Of a stretch of 64,000 nt of DNA, positions 55,953 through 64,000 are shown one piece after another. The stretch's first letter is position 1; every line of letters begins with the position of its first letter. Below the pieces are notes generated by a model. It was not told where the DNA came from. It ran no database searches and saw only the letters and a list, made by a program, of their open reading frames with translations. The DNA is from Mantamonas sphyraenae STR306. Taxonomy: Eukaryota; Protista; CRuMs. Location: assembly GCA_026936335.1 (NCBI GenBank), contig JAPMXV010000015.1, positions 1-64,000 on the forward strand. Direction: 5' to 3'. The position numbers were made by a program, and so were the translations under genes.

Positions 55953-58900
55953 TCATCGTTCACCCCCTTCCATCAGTTTGTAGTCGTCGGCACGTGTGTG
56001 GCGAAGCAGGACGCCCGGGTTGAAGAGCAGGTCGACGACCGCGCCTTCGTACTCATTCCATGCGTGTGGACGCACCGAGTAGTCACTGCGGTGGAGGGAA
56101 CAGGGCAAACCCAGCTGATCGGCAAGGAGTTTGAAGAGCAGGGCACGATGGCGTCCTGTGCCACGATGCAGATCCATGAGATGGACTGCGTTGCTGCCCG
56201 TGCGCACCTGGACCTCGTGCTGCTCCAGTTCGTAGGTGAAGCTGCGGTAGTGATCCATGTCTGTCACGAGTCCACCCATGCGTTCTGCCACCAGCATGGC
56301 CACCTGCTCCAGCATACCCGCGGAGGAGACCTTTGCGCGCAATTGGGCCACCAGTTCCATCACATCCTCGTGCAGGGGATCGGCCACAAGCACAGCCTTG
56401 CGTGCGTGGACACTCTCCTGTCGCACCTGATCCAATGAGCTGTACGCCTGGCGAGTGCCCAGGTCCACAAACGCCACGGAGCCCTCCTCGTCGTCTACTC
56501 CAGCCCCTGTGATCACCACACTGCTGGCCAGCTGTCCCGTAACAAAATAGCGCACGGATGCACTGTGTGCCATGAGTGCCTGCAGTGCCACCTGTGCAAA
56601 CGGCACCTCCAGCGCACTCCAATCACGCAGCCTTTCTACCAACCCGGCCTCAGCCATGGCCGTGCACGCCTTTGCGTCTCGAGTCATGGCCGACAACAGC
56701 CACAGGGCATTGCGTTGCACCTGTGCCCCGTGTGCGTCTGCCAACACCTGTTCCACAAGGTCCACCACGCCCCCCACTCGCATTTGTTCGCGTGCTGCTG
56801 CCGACCCTGCTGCACTCACCAGTGCCAGGAGGACACAGGACAGCACATGGGGCACAGCTTGCAATTGAACATGTGCCAACGCCCGGAGCAGTTTAGTGAC
56901 GCCATCCTGGGCCACAAACTCGTCCAGGGTGTCATTGGAACGCAGCAGCGTGTGCAACAACCATGCCGCTTCTGCCAGCACCTCGCTCTGTTCCACGTCC
57001 TCCACAGATGCCAAATACGCCTGCACCATCCTACTCTCCGAGATCTGCGCCTCGACGCCCTCCAGCGCCTGAGCCCCCGCCAACTTGGCAAGCACTGCGT
57101 ACAGGTGTGCGCGTGCAAATGCACTCGTGGTGTGTTGGCCCTTGGTGGACACAAGACCCACAAGGGCGTCCACGTATCGATTCTCCTCCGTCACGTTGCT
57201 GGCCGCAAAGCCCGCACAGAAGGTGGCATGAGCCATGCAGGCGTTTAGCAGGGCCAAGGCTGCCCCTGTCCGATCGCCTGTTGCCATGGAGGGCGACGAT
57301 GATGACGTTGTTCCCGACGAAGCGGATGAGGACATACGTGAGCCACCTCCCGCGCCGCCACGTCCTCCCTTGCCTCCTTTGCCCGACTCTGTCTCCTTGA
57401 GCGCTTCGGGTCGGATGAGCGCCATGACGGGTGCCATAAAGTGGTCGCCAAAGCTTGTGAGTTGGCTGACAGCGGTCTCGTCGGCGGCCAGGTTGCTCAA
57501 CGCCACGCAAGCAAGAGTTTGGATGCGAGGGTGACTGACACACAGCGAGGGGACGAGTTTGGAGGCTGCCTGGAGGTCCACCAAAGAGGTTCGTGTGTTG
57601 GCATGCCCTGCCAAGTTGGCCACAGTCTGCAGGGCCAGCAAGCGCAGATTGCCGCTGTTCGAAGCCGTGGCTTCCAACACGCTTGTGAGCACCAAAGGCA
57701 TATCGAACGCAGCCACGTCGTTTCCCCTCACGCTAAAGGGCAACAACGTCTGCAGGGCCAGTTGGCGCACACGCAGGTGTTGGCCAGCCACAAAAAGACG
57801 CATCAGCACGTCCATGCCATCTGAGTCACGGAACAGGTCACGGTTGCCGTAGTGGCGCAGAGCCAACGCCAGCAATTGCAATAGGGCAATTGTTTCAAGG
57901 TGCTCCTTGCCTCCCTCGTGCAAATCCTCCACGCGCGTGGTTGCCTCTGGCTGTTCCTGTCCCTGCTCCTTCTCCTTCGATCCCTTGTGGCTGCTACGCT
58001 CCTTGTCCTTCCCTCCGTGCTGCTTCTTGTCTTTGTGGCTCTTGTTACCACCACTGCTGCTCCCCGCCATGGCCTCGCCTGCGCTGGCAGCCTGGGCAAG
58101 GTCCACCTGTGGCACGCTTGGCCACAGCAGGGCCATGAGTCGATGCACTCCGTGTTCGCGGCCAAACTGCACGCGATTTGCCTCGTCACCAGCCAACGGT
58201 TCCTCCAGCAGTTGCAGCACAAGCTCAAGCTGACGACCCCCGTCCTCTCGCAGGAAGATCGCCGTCAGCACACCCAGCAGGTTTTCTTCCTCCATCACCT
58301 GCCTTACCCGCTGCGAGTCATCGTGAGCCAAAGCCTGTTGGATAAACGACAGCATGAGCTGGACCATTTGCCCCTCTTCTGCTTCCTTGACCAGTGCCTT
58401 GGCTTCCTCTGCTTCCACCCTCGACTCCAGCACCTCAGGCCCGTTGCCGTCCTTGGCCTCCTTGTTCTTGCTTGCCTTTTTCTTTTTCTTGCTTCCACCA
58501 GCTGCGTTTGCCTCCTTTGCAAGCTGTGCCGCCTGCACGCGTTCTTCTTCGTCAGCAATCGCTGCCAGCCGGCTCCATTCGGCCTCTGAGTTTCGGTGCA
58601 CCCCAGACGAGACATGCAAAGGGCAGCGCAATAAAGTGAGTGTGTGTGTCAGTAAACGTGTATCGTTTCATCCACGCCATGACTGTTGTGGCGTGGTCCA
58701 TCTCTTGTGACTCCCCAAGGCCGCAACAACGACGCAAGGAAGACGTTACGCCCAGCGTTGGGTCAACTCCGGCCCCACAGCTTCTCACATGTACGCCCTG
58801 CACATGCGACGCGCCCACTCACCTCGCTCTGCCTCGGAGATCACTTGTGCATGCAGCTTGGCCACTGTGTGTTCAAAGATACCCGATGCCAGCAGAATGT

Positions 58901-59021
58901 CAACACCTTCAGGGTTGCTCGTGTGCTGAGCCAGAGATTCGTACGCCGCCTGCTGCTTGGCCCTCTGGCCAGACTGTGCCAACAGTACCAATGTCTCTGG
59001 GTCGTCCACAACCAAGGACAT
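55953..59021 (-). CDS. Armadillo-repeat protein with C-terminal EDR1-like domain (ARMC3-like), ~943 aa
   Basis: Exon 1 is 59021-58823 (MSLVVDDPETLVLL...). Intron 58822-58586 (GTGAGT...CTCAG) restores the frame. ARM-like helices (ALQTVANLA, ACVALSNLA, NALWLLSAM) precede GTGRHRALLFKLLADQLGLPCSL, the EDR1/ARMC3 C-terminal motif. Confidence 0.82.
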
Positions 59022-59157
59022 CTTTGTGGGTGGTGTGTGAGAGGGTGTGTCTGCGTGCGAAAGAACTTGGTTTGCTTCCTCCTGCGCCTGCGGACACAAA
59101 GTAGCACCTGGTCACACCTCACCAACCTTCCTTTGTACAGCCGTACCAGTCACCACC

Positions 59158-60942
59158 ATGTCGTTCTCCTCGTCCTCCGCCTCCAACGTGGACGATGACG
59201 ACACGCCCAACTTCAAGGGCAGCGAACACTGGGGCGTGCAGCTGTGGGACCAGTTTGCCCTTGTGGAATTGCACACTGCACGGGGCCTCAACAACCTCAA
59301 CGACACCATCGCCTTTGTGTACAAGCGCGCCGAGCTGGAAGAGTCGTACGGCAACACACTCATCTCCACCACCGGCACCTGGAACGGGCAGGGCTGCTTC
59401 GGCATGGGACGACTGGGCATTGTTGACTCCACCGGGTGCGTTGCATGATTATTCGCCTGACCTTGGGGAGCTTCCCCACCCTTGTCCCGTCGGTCCCACC
59501 GGGTTCACCGATCCAGCAATCTTTTCCCGGTTCTTTTCCTTCTGCAGCTGACACGGCGCCCACGCTGGCCACGCTTTTCTTGCAGCACGGAAGGTGATCT
59601 GTGGAAGGCCATGGACAATGAGACACACGCGCTTGGTGAGGAACACATTGCACTGGCGAATCAGCTGCGCGAGGAGATTGTCGCTCCGTTGCGGCAGGAG
59701 CACGCTCAGCTGATCGTTGATCGTCAGCAGCTGATCGCTGAGGCACGCAGTGCCCAGCGCGAAACAGAAAACACAGCTGGTAGCTCTCGAGTGGACAGTG
59801 TACGTGTTTGGTGCTCCTTCCATTGCCTGGCTGTTGTTGCTGCTCGCTTTTCCCGCAACGCAACGGTCCTCTCCCCTCCTCTTTCAGCGCCCTGCGCTCT
59901 GCGCACACCCGCCCCATGTCCACTCGTCTCACGCCACGCACGCTCCCTGGCATGTGCCTACTCACAACCCTACACAGGCATGTGCTGCATACCACAACGC
60001 CTGTGCAAGTGCGCAAGCTGCCCAGCAAAAGGCTCGCATCGACACCGCTGGCGACGACGAAGCCATGTCCAAGGTGGGCTGCAAACCGTCACCTTCTCTC
60101 CCCGTCTCCTTCCCTCCTCCCCTCCCCGCTCATTCCCTTACACCCCACCCCCCCTCCGTTGCACACAGGCCACCAAAGAGGCCATCAAAGCCACGGAAAA
60201 GGCACGGCAGGCCAAGGCGGCCTACGAACAGGTTCTGGAGGAAAGCAACGAAACCAAGGACGAGTTCTTTTCGTCCACCTTTCCTGACGCCGTGGCCAAG
60301 CTGCAGGCCCTCGAGCGCAGGCGTCTGGCTGTGATGAAAAAGTACGTCAGTGCTTTTACGAAAATCGAAGAGAGTGCAGACAGCAAGTTCAAGAGCCACC
60401 ACCGCAAACTGGCCAAGGCCAGCGACAACACATCCTTCAAGGCGGACAGCAAGGCATTCATTGCCGAAAACAAAAGTGGCCAGAAGCGGCAGCTCCACGA
60501 GTTTCAGGAGTATGCTTGGATGTACGGCACGAGCATCGACCAGTTTCCCCAGCCCCCTGAGGAGGAGCAGGAGACAGACACGGCAGAGGGAACCGGTGCA
60601 GGCTCGGAAAACGACACCTCACGTTCGTCCACGCCGTCAAGGCGCACACGCACTGCCTCTGTGTCCCGCGGCTCAGCCTCCAAGGGTTCACGCGCTTCAC
60701 GCGGCTCCCGTGTCGAGGAACTCAAGGACGACGGCGGCGCAGACGATGCCAGTGACGCCTCTTCCGTGTCCAGTGCTGCATCTTCTTCCTCCTCAGGCGA
60801 CTTTGACGGAGTCAGTCCTGCGTCCGGTGGCAAGAAAAAGAGGAAAGGGAGCAGTGCACGCAAGATCAAACCTGCTGCCACTGCCGTCGTCGCCGTCGGC
60901 GCAGCTGGACGCAAGGGGAGCACAGCACGAAAGAAACGATGA
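59158..60942 (+). CDS. F-BAR (FCH) domain protein, CIP4/FBP17-like N-terminus, no SH3 (~453 aa)
   Basis: Exons 59158-59435, 59586-59799, 59978-60073 and 60169-60942 all join in frame at GT-AG sites. Motifs WGVQLWDQF, FVYKRAELEESYG, GEEHIALANQL and LQALERRRL. Ser/Lys-rich tail. Confidence 0.88.
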
Positions 60943-61038
60943 GAGAGACAATGCAAGAGACATTTGCGAGATCCACTGCACTTGCCAGCCCAGCCAATCC
61001 CCAACCCCCACACACAGCCGCCCGCTGTCGCGTCCGCA

Positions 61039-62129
61039 ATGTCGATCGCGGATGAAAAGTTCAACATGGGTGCCCTGGGGCTGGGCATCTACGGTGTCTT
61101 CTATCTTTGGGTCACTGTGCGGCTGTGGAGTCTCATGACAAAGATGCGTCGTTTCAGCATCCCCTTGCCGAAACTATTCCACGCCAGTCTCTGGGTGTTT
61201 CTTCTGCGTACGTTGTGATTGCGCTGCAATCCATGCAGTCCATGTGCTCACTTCCACCTCCATCCATGCCCCTTTCCCACAGTACGCCTTGTTTGGTTGC
61301 CTGCAGACCTCATGTTCCCCACCAACGACCTCACCAGCTTCATCCTCAACCGCATTGCTTTTGCGTTCTACTTTCTCTCATTCACACTCATGGTCTTTTT
61401 CTGGGCTGAGCTCATGCACCAGCGGCGCGCAGAAAGCATCCGCTTCCCCACCCGCCTTGCTCCCTGGTTCTGGGGCACCAACATCCTCATTTTCCTTTAC
61501 ATGATCGGCATCTGCATCGGTACGTGTGCACATGTGCCCTCCCTCCCCGTTATCCTGCCCCGTGGGCCCACAACGCATCCTCTTCCACCTGCGAGGTTCG
61601 CCTTCCATTCAAACTTGAAACCCTCTCTTGTCTCCGCCGAACGCAGCGCTTCCCGTCACCCCACTGACCCCATCCCCCCGCCTTACCTGCCCGACATGTC
61701 CACATCTCTCCCTCAGCCATCTCCTTTGACGATCGTCGCGAGGGCGACATGCTCTACGACGGTACAGTCCTCGTTTTGGTCGTCTTCAATGGCATCATTG
61801 CCGTCGGCTTCTCCATCTACGGCATCATGCTGGGTCGCCAGCTCGGCGGCGGCATCCGAGGCGCTGCCCAGCGACGCATCCTCACTGCCACTCTTGTCTT
61901 TAGTGCTGGCTTCCTCATCCGCATGGCCATGTGGTTGTACAGGCCCCTCACAGGCGAGTACCTCCCCTACTGGCTCTTCTTCCTCACGGGCTACCTCCTT
62001 CCCGAACTGTGTCCCGCTGCCTACCAGGTCTACATGATGCGCAACACAGAGGCAAACATGCTGCGTGCCGTCCGTGCCCAGCTGCTTCCTGACGACTCCG
62101 TTTCCGCGAGCGCCAGCAACACCACATAA
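61039..62129 (+). CDS. Multipass (~6-7 TM) membrane protein, TOM1/THH1/GPR137-like (~272 aa)
   Basis: Exons 61039-61207, 61283-61519 and 61717-62129 join in frame. Motifs KLFH, YFLSFTLMVFFWAE, FSIYG, FLIR and LPELCP. Confidence 0.75.
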
Positions 62130-62278
62130 AGCTCATCATGTTGGTGTCCTCCACTCACAATCACTGCATGCACGCATACACCCACCCACCCACCCACCCA
62201 CACACGTGTGCCTCCCACAGGCCGTCTCACACCGTTCGCGTCACCTCTCATTTCAGGAAAACGACTGTGGTCGGAGGC

Positions 62279-64000
62279 ATGCTGGTGGCCACCATTCTCG
62301 CCAGCCTGGTCATTGTCGTCGGCTGTGTGCTGTTTGTGCATCCGCTGAGTCCCAGCACACGCACGCCTGCCTCTATCAACCTCTTTGCCACAGACCCGAC
62401 CTTTGTGGGCACCCACCTTGTCGCAAGCTTGTTGGTCCTCGCACGCAACTATTCCATACTCTACCTTCTCCACTTTGCTCTGTTTGAGTACAGGTCCGGC
62501 CAACACGTGTTTGTCATCCTCCTGGCTGTCGTTCTCCCCGCCGCCGCGGCTGGTCTTCGCCTTGACGACACAGCCCTTGCCTACGTCGGCTTCCACATCT
62601 CCACTGTCCCCTGGCGCGTCTACTCCCTTCTCTACGTCTATATCGTCGATGAAAACGCACGCCGCGTGCGCCGCAAGCTTGCACGTGTCCTGAACCCGAC
62701 GCAACACGCGGGCCCGCCAAATCCGGCCGTTTCCAACTCATCCGCCGTCCTTGTCGAGCCCATGGGCCCTCTCGGCCTCTCTGCTTCTGCACATACAGCC
62801 TCGACACAGTCGATGCGTGCCGAGCATAGCGAGATTCCCTCATCTGCCTCTGCTGTGGCTGCTGGACGTCCGCGAGTGCCCAGGCTTCCTCTTCCTGAGC
62901 AGCCGCAGCAGCACGGGGTCGAGTCGTGGAGCCACCGTGACTTCTTTACACGTGTGCTTCCCTATCGCCGTGGCCACCGCTACTCTGACCAGCAGAAGCT
63001 GGAAACCATGCTGGGCATCGCCTGGAACAGGGAACTCCAGGTGGCCCTCAGAACCACCCATGACATGGAGCGCGTTGCTGCAGGCACTCGCCCCTCGCTC
63101 GCCTCCGTCACACGCAAAGTCATCCAATGGCGTCAGAACCTTGTGCCCGAACTCCTTGCCGATCCTGCAAACAGCCCAGCCAACGCCGCCCTCACCATCC
63201 TTGTCCTCCTCCTCGTCGCCGCCCAGTTCTACTTTGTCGCCTACACACCCACCAACCTCTATGGTCCTCTCAATGACCTTCAGCTCATCTCTGTTGCGTC
63301 CTACTTTGGTCTCTTTGCCCTCGGCTGGTCTGCTGTGCTCATCGCCACAAGCGCGGTCAACCCTTCCCGTGCGGTGCCCATCAACCTCACCTTTCCTGCC
63401 GTCATGGCATACTGTCACCAACTGTGCTTCATCATTGCCGGTGCTTCTGTGGCCCTCCACTACTTCAATGTCCTTTCCGATCCGGCCTCGCTCGTTCCCT
63501 GGCCGGCCATCGTCATGGCTACCTGGCAACTGCTGGCTCCATCCTGGACTCAGCTTGCTGTCGCCACCACCCGACACTTGGCTGTCGGCAAGAATGCCGT
63601 CCTCCTTCTGTTTCCCTTTCAGTTTGGCGAGCGCATCGTTCACAACCTCATGCTCCTCTCCTTGGCCATCCGTGCGGGTGCCTCCCTTCCAAACCTCCTT
63701 TCCAACTGGCTATTTTGGGTCGCAGCCGTGCTTCCAAGCATCCGAAATGCCATCAGCTGTGCTCTGTGGCTCCAGCCTCGTCTCTGGGCCCTCTACGGCA
63801 TCGATCCGGGCAAGCTTTTCTCCTGGAATCCTCGCCGTATCGGCGTGTATGCCATGTGGGCTTTCCAGAGCATGTTTGCAGAGACTGCTGCCTGCCTGTT
63901 TGCCTTTGCCTGGCCTCTGGTCGTGATTGCCTTCTCGTCGGCCGGCTCCGCTGCCTTTATTCAGGACCCTCTTGTCCAGCTGCAGGTGCTTACGCAGCTG
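62279..64000 (+). CDS. Hypothetical multipass membrane protein, 3' end beyond the window
   Basis: Open frame from MLVATILASLVIVVGCVLFV (an in-frame ATG also lies at 62138) runs to the window end, so it is absent from the ORF track. Two hydrophobic blocks are separated by a hydrophilic loop. Confidence 0.7.
   Translation, partial: MLVATILASLVIVVGCVLFVHPLSPSTRTPASINLFATDPTFVGTHLVASLLVLARNYSILYLLHFALFEYRSGQHVFVILLAVVLPAAAAGLRLDDTALAYVGFHISTVPWRVYSLLYVYIVDENARRVRRKLARVLNPTQHAGPPNPAVSNSSAVLVEPMGPLGLSASAHTASTQSMRAEHSEIPSSASAVAAGRPRVPRLPLPEQPQQHGVESWSHRDFFTRVLPYRRGHRYSDQQKLETMLGIAWNRELQVALRTTHDMERVAAGTRPSLASVTRKVIQWRQNLVPELLADPANSPANAALTILVLLLVAAQFYFVAYTPTNLYGPLNDLQLISVASYFGLFALGWSAVLIATSAVNPSRAVPINLTFPAVMAYCHQLCFIIAGASVALHYFNVLSDPASLVPWPAIVMATWQLLAPSWTQLAVATTRHLAVGKNAVLLLFPFQFGERIVHNLMLLSLAIRAGASLPNLLSNWLFWVAAVLPSIRNAISCALWLQPRLWALYGIDPGKLFSWNPRRIGVYAMWAFQSMFAETAACLFAFAWPLVVIAFSSAGSAAFIQDPLVQLQVLTQL

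Overview
Left end of a compact, GC-rich, intron-poor eukaryotic chromosome, probably from a flagellated protist (inferred from the TTAGGG telomere and an ARMC3-like gene). The window opens with a (CCCTAA)n telomere (1-133). A subtelomeric accessory zone follows. It holds a gene with four copies of an unrecognised ~190-aa domain, two divergent C2H2 zinc-finger genes, and a tightly packed minus-strand array: a large ankyrin protein, four RI-type LRR genes, a degenerate Ras/Rab-like GTPase and a second ankyrin protein. The main candidate novel system is that all four LRR proteins and the GTPase end in the same ~45-70-aa cassette, near-identical at DNA level, containing WxxLPDEVMERV. This resembles the truncated C-terminal F-box (PRANC-type) motif and suggests a modular, recombining family of SCF-type ubiquitin-ligase adaptors with variable sensor domains. 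Further in are an SLC12 cation-chloride cotransporter and a ~26-kb, ~8,700-aa repeat-built coiled-coil gene whose frameshifts are probably sequencing errors. The window ends with a GNAT acetyltransferase, a signal-anchored unknown protein, an ARMC3-like gene, an F-BAR gene, a TOM1/GPR137-like membrane gene and a truncated multipass membrane gene. Spliced gene models were derived by hand from GT-AG sites that restore the reading frame. No database searches were run.
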